Shown here: positions 1 to 10,130 of the stretch, one piece after another
How the letters are laid out: every line of letters starts with the position of its first letter
Numbering within the stretch: position 1 is the first letter of the stretch
Origin: a virus
Direction: 5' to 3' (one strand)
IMG/VR virus record: IMGVR_UViG_3300021256_000014
Location: 854-64,853 of that record
DNA length: 64,000 nucleotides
Position numbers and translations under genes: made by a program
Notes under the pieces: generated by a model
Database searches by the model: none
Seen by the model: the letters and a program-made list of their open reading frames with translations, nothing else
What the model was told of the DNA's origin: nothing

Positions 1-351
1 CTTCCTTGCTATGTTTAAAAACGCTTTTACCCAAGCGCCCGAACCTACGACTCTTTGCTCATCAAATATAAAGAACGCGCCATACACATCTTTATACTTC
101 TTGATGTTGTTCCATGAGTCAACTACAACCTTCCTTTTTATCTTAAAAGGCAAAGCCTCGTCTTCCCACTCTTTAGAGTCTCTTTTCTTTGCTGTTGTAA
201 TAATATAAAGATCACGGTCAGGGCAGTCCTTGGCATAGTAGGCCAGAGAAGTTCTGCTTTTCCCTGACCCAACGTCACCGACAAGGATACAGCCATTCTT
301 CATCTTCCTTACTGCATCGATCTGATGAGCGTTAAGTTCAATATTTGTCAC
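1..351 (-). CDS. SF2 (DExx-box) helicase, N-terminal part, truncated by window edge
   Basis: Manual translation: HQIDAVRKMKNGCILVGDVGSGKSRTSL (Walker A) and FFIFDEQRV (Walker B); GTG start inferred; not in ORF track. Confidence 0.85.
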   Translation of the reverse strand, partial: MTNIELNAHQIDAVRKMKNGCILVGDVGSGKSRTSLAYYAKDCPDRDLYIITTAKKRDSKEWEDEALPFKIKRKVVVDSWNNIKKYKDVYGAFFIFDEQRVVGSGAWVKAFLNIARK

Positions 352-586
352 TGTACCCAAGCCTCTTCATTTCTCTTTCTCTTTCTTCTTCCCGATCCAG
401 CTCCCCTTCGATGCAATACCTCAAAAAATCGCTCACGCTTATATTATGCTTCATTGTATATTGAATAACCCTGTCATAAATGTCGTCTGTAAGTCTCACA
501 ATGACTTTGTTATTCTTCTTTTCGCTCTCTTCTTTTTTAGGACGACCTATTTTATGGGATACAATTCTTACATTTCTTATCGGCAC
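338..586 (-). CDS. small DNA-binding protein, ribbon-helix-helix/CopG-like
   Basis: GRPKK arm, VIVRL strand, then two helices; AAGGAGG RBS. Confidence 0.6.
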   Translation of the reverse strand: MPIRNVRIVSHKIGRPKKEESEKKNNKVIVRLTDDIYDRVIQYTMKHNISVSDFLRYCIEGELDREEEREREMKRLGYSDKY

Positions 587-618
587 ATAAATACCTCCTT
601 CTAACTCGCAAAGGCGCT

Positions 619-1008
619 TAATTTAGAGATGACAAAAAGTACTAATTTAGAGACTACAAAAAGTGCCTAATTTAGAGACTACAAAAAGGAGCAACATACT
701 TTTGCGAAAAAACTCTATTTTAAAATTTTTTTCTCAGAAATAAAGAAAAATGATAAAATAATTTGCCCATTGTTGACGTTTTTGTCGTCGCTAAATACAA
801 TAGCACACATACGCTTTGCAATCCGTACTTTTTGTAGTCGCAAAAATACCGACTTTAGAGACTACAAAAAGTCTCGAAAGTTCAATTTTGCTAGAATAAC
901 TGTTGACGTTTTTGTAGTCGCAAAACTAATTGTTGACGTTTTTGTAGTCGCAAAATTAAAAATCGTACTTTTTGTAGTCGCAAAAGTCGCCTTTTTGTAG
1001 TCTCAAAA
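619..1008. repeat. iteron-like repeat cluster, probable replication origin
   Basis: About 10 copies of core TTTTTGTAGTC/GACTACAAAAA in both orientations around an AT-rich tract (710-765), between SSB and helicase genes. Confidence 0.7.
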
Positions 1009-1029
1009 GTCCGGGTAATTCACCCAAAA

Positions 1030-1656
1030 TCAGTCATCTGAAAGAGGTACGCCGGCCCATTTCTGCTCTAAATAGTCGTCCTCAAAGTCGTTCCTGCCGC
1101 CCGCAGTCTCATCTAACGAGAACCAAAGCTCATTGATGACAGCCGTGCAGGGCTTCTTAGGATCATACTTATACGGCCTGAACCCGATGTCGATGTTCTT
1201 GATATGAGCGGTATCAACCAGAACGAACTGATCAGGCTGCAGGAGCTCCGGACCGTTATCTGTCTGCATCATGATCTTCGGGCTCGGCTCTTCCTTCCCT
1301 GTCCTCCTGTTAATATAACTCTTAAGTCTCGCCCCAACAGTCCTGCCGTTCTCATCAAGAACCTTATCCACATAGCACACGAACTTGATAAAGTATCTCT
1401 CGCCCTCGAACATGAGTGACCCGTCCTTGTTCTTGTGGTACTTATCCTCTGCCCTGCCTACAAGAAAATCATTCTCTCTCAGCCCCTTGGCAATATCATC
1501 CTCATCAAAATAGATGGTGATGGCTCTCTGAGGATCCTTGTTCGGATCGTCATAGATCGACTTGGTGTGAGCCCCGGCAAGGTTTGAGAACTTAATATCG
1601 GTAGCTCCGTTGATTCCCTCAAGTGAATAACCATACTTTCTCTCTGTAAATCTCAT
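1030..1656 (-). CDS. probable single-stranded DNA-binding protein
   Basis: Replication-module position, IKFSNLAG N-terminal motif, acidic C-terminal tail (DFEDDY...SDD). Confidence 0.6.
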   Translation of the reverse strand: MRFTERKYGYSLEGINGATDIKFSNLAGAHTKSIYDDPNKDPQRAITIYFDEDDIAKGLRENDFLVGRAEDKYHKNKDGSLMFEGERYFIKFVCYVDKVLDENGRTVGARLKSYINRRTGKEEPSPKIMMQTDNGPELLQPDQFVLVDTAHIKNIDIGFRPYKYDPKKPCTAVINELWFSLDETAGGRNDFEDDYLEQKWAGVPLSDD

Positions 1657-1658
1657 AC

Positions 1659-1862
1659 TTAATTCTCCTTTTCTTTTAATGTCTTTGAAATATCAACAGT
1701 TCCATCATCGCCATACGTAATAGTCTGACAGTCACAGCAAGGGTAGATATCCCTGCCCTCGACCTGAGACTGGATTGCGCTTCCATAAAACTCACATGTC
1801 CTGCAGTGCAGGATATCATCACTTGTCATTATCCACTTCGTCGCTATGCTGCTCGCCATCAT
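1659..1862 (-). CDS. small Cys-rich hypothetical protein
   Basis: ORF with CxxC motifs, co-oriented in operon. Confidence 0.5.
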   Translation of the reverse strand: MMASSIATKWIMTSDDILHCRTCEFYGSAIQSQVEGRDIYPCCDCQTITYGDDGTVDISKTLKEKEN

Positions 1863-2013
1863 TCTTCTCCTTTACTATTGGCGTATAACCGACACATTTT
1901 CCGTCATCACGCTTTGATGGATCCATCATTCTATAACAGCAAGGATTTAAAACCCAGCCGTAAAGATTGTGGCAGTTATAGCATTCTTCTCTAAGATTAG
2001 GCTCCTTCATCAC
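1819..2013 (-). CDS. small Cys-rich hypothetical protein
   Basis: ORF coupled to upstream gene, GGAGGAG RBS. Confidence 0.5.
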   Translation of the reverse strand: MMKEPNLREECYNCHNLYGWVLNPCCYRMMDPSKRDDGKCVGYTPIVKEKNDGEQHSDEVDNDK

Positions 2014-2252
2014 TCCTCCACTGGACCAATCTCGGTATGGTGAATAATCTTCTGCTCAACTTTCTTACTATCAAGGAACTTAAAGCGATTGGTGGACAGC
2101 TGAATGATCTTGCCATCCTCAAGCTCGATAACGCCAACAACCTCTTCGATAAGGTTGCCCTTCTTGCCGGTCAGGGTCCGTGATCCGAACCCATGAAACC
2201 AGCCTTTCTTTCCCTCGTATACAGCTACATTAAAAATCTCTACAGGTCTCAT
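2010..2252 (-). CDS. hypothetical protein
   Basis: ORF with GAAAGGAG RBS. Confidence 0.6.
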   Translation of the reverse strand: MRPVEIFNVAVYEGKKGWFHGFGSRTLTGKKGNLIEEVVGVIELEDGKIIQLSTNRFKFLDSKKVEQKIIHHTEIGPVEE

Positions 2253-2267
2253 ATATATTCTCCTTTC

Positions 2268-5200
2268 TTAAAATGGAACCTCTTCATCAACGCCCTCAGG
2301 GATGTTCAAAGCATCCGCAAGTGGGTCGTCGTCTTGTACAAACCAGTCAAAGTTGGCATTTGGAAGAGCGCAAATATCATCCTTTGCCTCATCAACAAGA
2401 AGCCTGAAGTACTCAAGATCTATCTTGTCTTTAAGACCCCTCTCAACTACATCTGAGCTCTCAAGCCATCTGAACTTCTTTCCTCCAAGACTGGTTCCGC
2501 CTACTGCATACCTCTTGCCATTAGCAACACGGTACAAATATCCACCGCCAGTCCCATCTTCTACCGGCACGAACTGCCCTACCTTGCCAACGAACTTGAG
2601 ATTATGCCCGGCTCTGATCTTGCTATCAAGCTCTTCCATCTCTTTATTGGCTTCTTCTAAAGATGAAAATGCTTTCGGAACCTCTCCCTTTGAAAGCTTG
2701 CCTGATAGATACTTAAATCTCTTCTCCTCTGCTGTCACATCACCAAGGCCTTCATTTAGATCAAGATACAGCGCATCTTTTGTTGAGAATGTCTGGCAGT
2801 AATCATCAAAGTAGATAGGCTTGTGAGTAAATAAAGTCTTTCTGATGACTTCGTTCTTAAACTCATCTGCCTTGAACGACCACGAGCCGTCTTTAAGCTT
2901 TCCGACATATGCTGCATCATTTAAAAGTGCGAACTTCTTAAACTCAGCCTCTGTCTCAAACTCGTATCCGTACTCTCTGCCAAAGTCGACAATAAAGTCC
3001 TGAACTCTCTTGTCCGCATTTGCAACCTTGATTGAGTCTGTCTTGATGTGAACAACCGTATATCCCATCTTCTCTATCTGATCTTTTAAAACCATCATGA
3101 AAAGATTGCCCCTTTTTGCAACGATGTTGTCGATGTTTCTTGAGTCTTTAAACTCGTTGTTAAAGCCGGCTGATGTTAAACCGTAAATAGAGTTGATGAT
3201 GATCTTAAGTGCCTGAGCCATGTCTTTATATGACTCGTCATTAAGAAATGGTATAAGTGCTCCGTTAAGGTATTCCCCTGCCTTCTTAAAGTCCTTATGC
3301 TTAACTGCAATCCTCGCAAGCACCAGTTCTCTAAATATCTTTGTATACCTCGGGCCAAAGAGTACCTCTGCGATGATTGAGGATGGATACTGAGACGCGA
3401 TATCGCCATCGTACACATCCCTCCACATGCCTTTAAGACTAAACGTCCTTCCGCCTTCTCCTCCATAGTCCCCCATGAAGAAGCTCTTCTTGCCCTTCTC
3501 GCCATATCGATCAAAGACATAGCCCGGGAAGAACGGAAGAATGCTCCATCCCTTTGGCAGAACCTCTCCTGGAATATAATCTCTTTTCTCAGGAAGGCCT
3601 TTCTCATTCCAGACTCTGAATTTGTAGTCCTCTCCAAACTTTTCGACATACTCTTTGTATCTCTCGTATCCTACGGGCTCTGACAGATCTCTGTAGTTGA
3701 ATTCAGTCTGGGGATTTTTGTTGTTTCCAAATATCGTCCTCTTGGAAAGAGTGTTTGCGGTATCTCTTGGGCTTGCGTTAATCGAATCGCCATGAAGCGC
3801 ATGAACCAGTGATACCTGGAAAAGACGAGCTTTGTAGAAGTTTTGTGTGAAAAGATACACGGCCTCTGTTGCAAGTACGTCGTTCTTGCAGTACTTTACA
3901 ATCTCATCCCACTTTTCTTTAGGAGCAGGTTCGCTCCATGGAATATCCATCTCCTTGTGAGTTGTAGAGCCCCTAAACGACGCAACGGCCCTTATCTGAT
4001 CCTCATTGTAGCCCTCTTTCCTGAGCTCTTCGTCAGAGAAGTTAGAAAGGCCAGAGAGCATGATCTCCCACTTCTTAAGGCTCATTCCCTGCCCTGCAGC
4101 CTTTGTATACTCATATACATCGCACTCAACCATTCTCTTGGCATCCCACGACTTAACATCCTGACGATTCTCATTGATCATGGCATGAGACAGGTTATAA
4201 AGCTGCTCGTTTGAATCGCCCCTACTTGCTGCCCAGAGCATGTGGCAGTCATACTCTAAGATGTTAAAGCCAATTAGAGAAAACTTGTCGAGCAGTTCCT
4301 GCACCTCGTGAGGCTTTGGATTTATCATTGCCACAACGTTAGAGGGGATAAGGTCAGTTCCAAGCATTTTCCAGCAAACAAGAAAAAGACCCGGATTGTC
4401 GCCCTTTGGGCGGTAGATCTCAATATCAATGACGATCTTTTTGCCGGACGCCTTCTTGCTGCTAGAGGAAACTTCGTTCACTGCCTTTCCTATCTTTATA
4501 AGATTTTCTCTAATTTCCTCTTCCTCTTTGGACGCAAATTTCATATGAGCCACAAGGCTAAGGCACCTGTCCGCCTGATTTGTAGACTTTGATGCAAATA
4601 TAAGCACTCTTTGTCTAAGATCAGACACGTTGTAGGGAATGTTTGATTCATACGCCTGATTTAAAAGCTCATAAATATAATTGACAGAACTTGAGGTATC
4701 AGCGTGGTACTCTTTATTCAAGTTCTTCTCAATCATGGACCGAAGCATCTTTTCATTCTTGATGCCTTCCCAGTTATACGTTTTCTTCACTCCTTTCTTT
4801 GGAAGGCCGGAAGACAATACTGCAATCTCTTCACTGTTGCATTTTGTAAGCCGCCTTCTAATTGCGGAGTTTCCTTTAAAGACCTTAACTTCAATATCCT
4901 CAGAATATAAAGAGCTCAGCTCATCAAGCGGAAATCCGTTCCAGATGTAGTAAAGGTGGATTCCCTGCCCTGATTTGCTAAGCTCTGCATATGTCTTTGG
5001 AAACTTTGAAGCACTTTCAATGTTCTTCTTAAGATCTTTTACTCCTTTCTCACTCTTAAGATCAAAATCAATCATGACTATGGGGAAGTTTTCAGGAGGC
5101 TTTACGTAGTGAATGTTCTTTGTGTCAATATCACGAAGCTTTGTCTCTACATTTGCCCACGCTTTCTCGGGCTGCCCTCCCTTTCCATAGTCTTTTTCAT

Positions 5201-6701
5201 ACTGCGCCATCCAGTTTGCATACTCTATGTCAAACCTGGACTGCTGCTCTTTAAAATCAAGCCATTCTACATTGTCCAAAGTATCAGTATTGCGAGAATT
5301 ATCAGTATCATCACTAGTATCGCTACTATCGACATGATCATCTGTCTCCTCCTTAAATGAAAACCTGTCGTACCTGAATCCGGAATATAAGTTCCTTACT
5401 CTCTTGCCATCAATTACCGCTGTCTGATCAAAGTTCCTGAAGTAGTTTCGAAGCTCTGTCCTGAAGATACGCCAGGATAACTTGTAGGCGTTTGCAAAAT
5501 CGCAGTACTCAAGATACGACTTCCAAGCCTCGGTAAGCGTGACCATGTCTTCCTGCCTGTAGTGGTCATAGTTATGCTCCACAAAGTCATAAAAGTCATT
5601 GGTCGCAGCTATCATCTCGGTTGGAATATAAGCATCGTAGTAATTCTCGCCCAAAGTCTCAAATACCTCGATGCAGTGAGACGCAATTGCTCCAAGCTCG
5701 AATGAGTAGATCTTGTCCATGAGGACTTTGTAGCGTTTTGCTGGAACTTTCCTGCCAGACGAGTGCACATCGATAAGGCGCCTGATAAGTCCACTCTTTG
5801 CATTGGTGATCTTAACAGGAGTGTTTGTTCCCATGAATATAAATGAGTGAATAGCAAGTGGAAACTTCTTCTCATTCTTATCGTTGATTTGAACTGTTTC
5901 ATGGGAAACTAACGAGTTTAACTTAGTGTTGTCCTCAATCTTTGAAAGATCGCCGTCGTGCTGAATTGCAACAAGCGGATTGTTCTTAAACGGCGCAAGA
6001 GAAAAATCCTTGTTCGAATTGCCAATCTCCTTTGCGTCAAACGCTGTCCAGTAACGCCTTGGGTCTTCCTCATCTTTTCGACCAAACAGACGCTGAATAA
6101 TGTTAAGGACTGTGGATTTACCAGACCCGGCTTCTCCGTAAAAGACGATGAACTTCTGAATATGCTTTGAGTCTCCTGTAAATATTGACCCAATAGCCCA
6201 CTCTATCTTCTGCCTGTTTTCCGGAGTGTAGAGCGTATCCATTAGCTCATTGTAGCTTGGGCACTTATCAGGACTATCCAGCGAGTATGGAAGCTTAAAG
6301 GAAATATAATCCTCTCTTTCTGTTTCCTGATTTGCAAACACGACATGATCATCCAGTGGGTGAAAACAGTTTGCCGGCATATGCTTTTCAAGAAACTTAA
6401 GGAGCCTGTCCATCTCCCCTGAATCAGAGTCCCACATCCACTCGACTGTCACATCCTCGCCCATCTTCTTATGCGCCTCAGCGCACTTTTCAAGTTCGGC
6501 ATCTGTCGAGTTTATGATGTAGCTCCACGCATCAATATCCCTGACCCAGGTTTTTGTTACCGCATTGTAAACGGCATAAAGTTTGCCGCCTTTGGTCATT
6601 ACGTCCTCTGGCGGCATTTTCGCAAGAGAGTTTTTCACTCTGATGCGCCTTTTTCCTTTGATAAACGAAAAGTCGTCTATCCTTTGAAAGTCAAGAAGCA
6701 T
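2268..6701 (-). CDS. fused SF3 helicase / primase-polymerase / family B DNA polymerase
   Basis: GEAGSGKST Walker A; DFDLK...SKSGQGIHLYY AEP-like motifs; exonuclease DIE, FNILEYD, YCKND; PolB motifs DIASQYPS, KIIINSIYG, KTDS. Confidence 0.9.
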   Translation of the reverse strand: MLLDFQRIDDFSFIKGKRRIRVKNSLAKMPPEDVMTKGGKLYAVYNAVTKTWVRDIDAWSYIINSTDAELEKCAEAHKKMGEDVTVEWMWDSDSGEMDRLLKFLEKHMPANCFHPLDDHVVFANQETEREDYISFKLPYSLDSPDKCPSYNELMDTLYTPENRQKIEWAIGSIFTGDSKHIQKFIVFYGEAGSGKSTVLNIIQRLFGRKDEEDPRRYWTAFDAKEIGNSNKDFSLAPFKNNPLVAIQHDGDLSKIEDNTKLNSLVSHETVQINDKNEKKFPLAIHSFIFMGTNTPVKITNAKSGLIRRLIDVHSSGRKVPAKRYKVLMDKIYSFELGAIASHCIEVFETLGENYYDAYIPTEMIAATNDFYDFVEHNYDHYRQEDMVTLTEAWKSYLEYCDFANAYKLSWRIFRTELRNYFRNFDQTAVIDGKRVRNLYSGFRYDRFSFKEETDDHVDSSDTSDDTDNSRNTDTLDNVEWLDFKEQQSRFDIEYANWMAQYEKDYGKGGQPEKAWANVETKLRDIDTKNIHYVKPPENFPIVMIDFDLKSEKGVKDLKKNIESASKFPKTYAELSKSGQGIHLYYIWNGFPLDELSSLYSEDIEVKVFKGNSAIRRRLTKCNSEEIAVLSSGLPKKGVKKTYNWEGIKNEKMLRSMIEKNLNKEYHADTSSSVNYIYELLNQAYESNIPYNVSDLRQRVLIFASKSTNQADRCLSLVAHMKFASKEEEEIRENLIKIGKAVNEVSSSSKKASGKKIVIDIEIYRPKGDNPGLFLVCWKMLGTDLIPSNVVAMINPKPHEVQELLDKFSLIGFNILEYDCHMLWAASRGDSNEQLYNLSHAMINENRQDVKSWDAKRMVECDVYEYTKAAGQGMSLKKWEIMLSGLSNFSDEELRKEGYNEDQIRAVASFRGSTTHKEMDIPWSEPAPKEKWDEIVKYCKNDVLATEAVYLFTQNFYKARLFQVSLVHALHGDSINASPRDTANTLSKRTIFGNNKNPQTEFNYRDLSEPVGYERYKEYVEKFGEDYKFRVWNEKGLPEKRDYIPGEVLPKGWSILPFFPGYVFDRYGEKGKKSFFMGDYGGEGGRTFSLKGMWRDVYDGDIASQYPSSIIAEVLFGPRYTKIFRELVLARIAVKHKDFKKAGEYLNGALIPFLNDESYKDMAQALKIIINSIYGLTSAGFNNEFKDSRNIDNIVAKRGNLFMMVLKDQIEKMGYTVVHIKTDSIKVANADKRVQDFIVDFGREYGYEFETEAEFKKFALLNDAAYVGKLKDGSWSFKADEFKNEVIRKTLFTHKPIYFDDYCQTFSTKDALYLDLNEGLGDVTAEEKRFKYLSGKLSKGEVPKAFSSLEEANKEMEELDSKIRAGHNLKFVGKVGQFVPVEDGTGGGYLYRVANGKRYAVGGTSLGGKKFRWLESSDVVERGLKDKIDLEYFRLLVDEAKDDICALPNANFDWFVQDDDPLADALNIPEGVDEEVPF

Positions 6702-6724
6702 TCATTATCTCGCCTCCTCCTTAA

Positions 6725-7522
6725 TCAAATTGTTCCAATTCTATGCTGCTCCTCAAGCTCTTTTTGAAGATCTGGCCACGGTGACCATGGAACATCGATA
6801 ATATAAACATCAGGATCTATTGCTTTATTCTTGTACCACTCGCTCTCTCCGGCTTTAAAGACAAAGAAGTCAAGCCAGTAGCAGTCGCACTCGACGTTTA
6901 AAAGATCATAAGACCATCCTGCCCTGTCAGTCTCCTGGGTGCAGAGATCGTCTTTCCCAAGAAACTTCAAAGCATCGCTCATTGTCACAACTCCCCATCC
7001 TCTGGAGTAGTCAACAAGCTCCTGATTGATTCTATTCAGTGCGTCGATGACCTTGGCATGAGTGGATTTAAAATAAATTGGCTTATCAAGCCAGTACATA
7101 AGATACTCATGCTCAAGCTCCCCGTTGCCATCGTATGTGGCTTTGGATGCTTTCTGCATAATATCAATGTCTCTAGCCTCCCCATCTTCCTCTTTGACAA
7201 CGCCTCTGTACTTCTCAAACTGCTCTTTGAGCCTGTTCTTATTTGCCGCTACCCCTGCTGCAAGGGCTCCTGCTGCTGCAATTTCTTTAGCGCCGAAATA
7301 ATCACAAAGAACGATGCTTGCGATAGTTGCAGCTCCTGCTACAGCTGCAGGGCCGTAGGCTTTGATGTTCTCAGCTGCCGCTTCTTTCCTGCTATCAGGA
7401 TTTCCCTTCTCCATGATCCTCTCGGCCTTAAGCCTCCCCCCTCTTGCTGCAAGATAAGCCGTTGCGGGAACGCCGGCTATAGCCAGAACCTTAAATACGG
7501 TTCTTATCGTCTTTACTTCCAT
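6725..7522 (-). CDS. membrane-associated phage protein, paralog 1 (DUF6353-like)
   Basis: Two hydrophobic N-terminal segments; similar architecture to 13360..14280 and 15575..16399. Confidence 0.6.
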   Translation of the reverse strand: MEVKTIRTVFKVLAIAGVPATAYLAARGGRLKAERIMEKGNPDSRKEAAAENIKAYGPAAVAGAATIASIVLCDYFGAKEIAAAGALAAGVAANKNRLKEQFEKYRGVVKEEDGEARDIDIMQKASKATYDGNGELEHEYLMYWLDKPIYFKSTHAKVIDALNRINQELVDYSRGWGVVTMSDALKFLGKDDLCTQETDRAGWSYDLLNVECDCYWLDFFVFKAGESEWYKNKAIDPDVYIIDVPWSPWPDLQKELEEQHRIGTI

Positions 7523-7590
7523 GTCTTCTCCTTTCGAAAAAATAAAGAGGCCTATCTTTTGATAAGCCCCTCCTTTTGAAACCTAAGTTT

Positions 7591-7824
7591 TTACGCTTTA
7601 ACAGGTGAGTAATTTTTCTGGTACGGATAACACTTGCCGTCTGTGATGTCTCGCTTTTCCTTGCAAAATGGGCACTTTCCATCCTGATACGTTTCAGTTA
7701 ATATTCTGCAACGTTTTCCGGATTTAGATTTCCCAAAGCAAGCTCTGCTCTCCTCACATTCCGGCAAGTCTCTTTCATTTCTGTACGTCACAATAAACTC
7801 CTCCTTTTCAAATATCAAAACCAA
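7591..7824 (-). CDS. small Cys-rich hypothetical protein (true start probably downstream)
   Basis: CPFC motif; lies between 28-bp motif and a terminator. Confidence 0.5.
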   Translation of the reverse strand: MVLIFEKEEFIVTYRNERDLPECEESRACFGKSKSGKRCRILTETYQDGKCPFCKEKRDITDGKCYPYQKNYSPVKA

Positions 7825-7830
7825 TAGTTC

Positions 7831-7858
7831 CTATTAGAGGAGCTTATTTTTTAGCGAA
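7831..7858 (-). promoter_or_regulatory. 28-bp phage motif, putative phage-RNAP promoter
   Basis: + strand ctattagaggagcttattttttagcgaa. Confidence 0.65.
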
Positions 7859-8608
7859 GTCCCAGGTGTTTTTCTCTACGACCTTGGGAACAACTATGCC
7901 TCTTGTATACGGCAGAGTCTCGATCCAGTCGCAAAACTGCTGCCACTCATCAAGCTTGTGGTGCCTTCTGTCTTTGTAAATGTTATAAAGAACCTCATAG
8001 CTAAGAAGCACTGTCCTTTTCTGGTTATAGCTTGAGGGAAGAAGCTGAATCATCTGCCACCAGTACCGCTTGTCTTTGGTTTTCAAATATAACTCTCGCG
8101 CTCTGTTTAAGAAGGCTATCGTATACTTGAAGCATTCTCCGGGAAATGTATTAAAGTCCACAAAATCAGAGTCTGTAAGACCACAGTATTTATCGTTGAG
8201 TGCATTCCACCCTCCTTGTTCAGCGGCATGGTCCCACTCTTCGTCATCTGTCATCTCTTCAAATATAAGATGCTCGCACGAAAAATCATCGAGGGTAAAC
8301 TTCTTATCTGCGATTGTGTGCATCGTAGAGCAAGAGTTGGCTACTGTGCCAACCTTGTAGGTGTCAAACTCCTTCCACCAGTAAAGCGGCGCTGTAATAT
8401 CAAGTGATACCTCAATAAAACGCCTGAACTTGGCATGAGAGGACCCGCCGGATGAGAGATTCTCCATAAGCTTAAGGTCTGCCTCTCCGATAACCGGGAT
8501 TGCCCTGCTAAAATTACTGTCGCTCTTATCCCAGGAATTAAAAGAGTTTCTCATGCCTCTAACCGCTGCTTCAAACCCCCAAAGCTCAAAACTATCAATC
8601 TTAATCAT
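7844..8608 (-). CDS. ThyX-like (flavin-dependent thymidylate synthase fold) protein
   Basis: HAKFRRFIEV...ITAPLYWWKEFDTY...SCSTMH and QLLPSSY...RRHHKLDEWQQFC pattern recalled from phage ThyX-like proteins. Confidence 0.5.
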   Translation of the reverse strand: MIKIDSFELWGFEAAVRGMRNSFNSWDKSDSNFSRAIPVIGEADLKLMENLSSGGSSHAKFRRFIEVSLDITAPLYWWKEFDTYKVGTVANSCSTMHTIADKKFTLDDFSCEHLIFEEMTDDEEWDHAAEQGGWNALNDKYCGLTDSDFVDFNTFPGECFKYTIAFLNRARELYLKTKDKRYWWQMIQLLPSSYNQKRTVLLSYEVLYNIYKDRRHHKLDEWQQFCDWIETLPYTRGIVVPKVVEKNTWDFAKK

Positions 8609-8825
8609 TATTATTCTCCTTTGCTAAGCCGTGATTTTTAAGATACCTGACCATGTACTGACACTCTGCCCAGTGCTCACATGTCACAATGATCGTCATG
8701 TCACTAGGTGTAACTCCTCTAAGAACCTTTGGCTCAAACCTCATGCAGCCGTCATGACAGTAATCCTCAAGATTAAGAGTTATCATCCATATCCTCCAAT
8801 CTTGCCTGCAGCATCGAAATATCAT
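8601..8825 (-). CDS. hypothetical protein
   Basis: ORF in operon; likely start at internal Met after GGAGG. Confidence 0.5.
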   Translation of the reverse strand: MIFRCCRQDWRIWMITLNLEDYCHDGCMRFEPKVLRGVTPSDMTIIVTCEHWAECQYMVRYLKNHGLAKENNND

Positions 8826-9114
8826 TCTTAATCTTCTCTACGTCTTCGATTACAGACCTGTCGTGATCCAGGATCTTATCAGTTGTGTCTATAACGTTAT
8901 CGACGTGATCGAGAACTTTCTTAACTTCATCTGCTGTTTGCGCAAGCTCCGCCCTTGTCCCTTTATAGAGGTCTTCTAAAATATCAACGTAGTGTTTATA
9001 CCCATCTACGCTGCGTAGAAGCTTTGAACACTCTAAAAGCGCAAAACCTGATGCGCAAAGAGATACTAAAATCCCAACCACTAAGACTAAAAGTTCAAAT
9101 GTCGTCATAGTCAT
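8773..9114 (-). CDS. membrane-anchored coiled-coil protein
   Basis: N-terminal TM segment followed by heptad-like region. Confidence 0.55.
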   Translation of the reverse strand: MTMTTFELLVLVVGILVSLCASGFALLECSKLLRSVDGYKHYVDILEDLYKGTRAELAQTADEVKKVLDHVDNVIDTTDKILDHDRSVIEDVEKIKNDISMLQARLEDMDDNS

Positions 9115-9746
9115 TCTCCTTTCTCAAACGAAGCCATAACCTTCTCGATCTCGTCACTATGTTTTCCAGTCTTTTTACAATCCTCAGGTTCTACCCGGAT
9201 AGTACCGAGTTCTTTTGTGAGTACTCGCACTGTATTTGGGGGAACAAAATCTGTGATAAATCCTCTATATTTCTTGCTGGCAATAGCCTTTGCACCAAAT
9301 TCTACCTCATCACCTACATGTAGAGCTTTCTTGTCCTCCTGATACTTCTTATCTAAGGCCAAGGCGTCATCAGCTGGCATTCCGAAAATGGTATTTGCAT
9401 TGTGCGAGCCAAATACTGAATCATACTCTGATCCTGTATAGGTGTCCGACCCTTGTGTAACGATCCTCCTTGCAAGGTCCCAGGTTTCCTTGCGACCTTC
9501 TTTTCGCCCTTCCTCCTTTGCTTTTTTCTGAGCATCAGAGATCAGAAGGCGGTACTCATCAAGAGAAAGTGTTATTGTAGTTGTGATATCCGGATCGCAT
9601 CCATCAATTTTTAAAGCTATCTCTCCCAAATTTATTGCGTGATCCGTAGCATAGACAGGGTCATTGTAACACTCCAGTTCGAGCCACCTGCCTTGTTCCA
9701 TAGTCTTCTGCTTACTAGGATTCAATGCCGTACATCTAATTAACAT
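9111..9746 (-). CDS. hypothetical protein
   Basis: 211-aa ORF with RBS, coupled to neighbours. Confidence 0.6.
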   Translation of the reverse strand: MLIRCTALNPSKQKTMEQGRWLELECYNDPVYATDHAINLGEIALKIDGCDPDITTTITLSLDEYRLLISDAQKKAKEEGRKEGRKETWDLARRIVTQGSDTYTGSEYDSVFGSHNANTIFGMPADDALALDKKYQEDKKALHVGDEVEFGAKAIASKKYRGFITDFVPPNTVRVLTKELGTIRVEPEDCKKTGKHSDEIEKVMASFEKGE

Positions 9747-9981
9747 TATTTTTCTCCTTTCTTAGCTGCTCTAACGCCTCTTTTATCTGTTCCTCAAGGG
9801 CTTCCTCATCTAAATATGCAACTGGAACGGGTATAATTACGTACTCTTCTGCGCCAGGCCACTTTACAGCGATCTTAAAGATATTAAACTCAACATCGTA
9901 GTCCGCCACGATTAATGCGTGGTATTTGCTGCACATACGCCTTGCAAATTCGTACATCTCTGCAGTTTCTTCATAGCCCAT
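9736..9981 (-). CDS. hypothetical protein
   Basis: ORF with GAAAGGAG RBS. Confidence 0.6.
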   Translation of the reverse strand: MGYEETAEMYEFARRMCSKYHALIVADYDVEFNIFKIAVKWPGAEEYVIIPVPVAYLDEEALEEQIKEALEQLRKEKNNVN

Positions 9982-10130
9982 TCGATTCTCCTTTCTTTTC
10001 CCTTTTGATGGTGTACTCCAATTCTGGATCGTCGTAGTATTCCACCATCAGTGCCTTAACGAGAATCAATGCAGCATCTAAAGACATATATCTTGCCACG
10101 TCAACAGTTCCAGTCGTCACCTTGTATAAA

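Noticed and set aside
681-708. Possible extra copy of the 28-bp motif upstream of the RHH gene
   Set aside because: GGAG is offset by one base and the TA(A/G)TGA end is missing; overlaps an iteron
770-1000. 76-aa + strand ORF with repeated VDVFVVAK
   Set aside because: Translation artefact of the DNA iterons; no RBS
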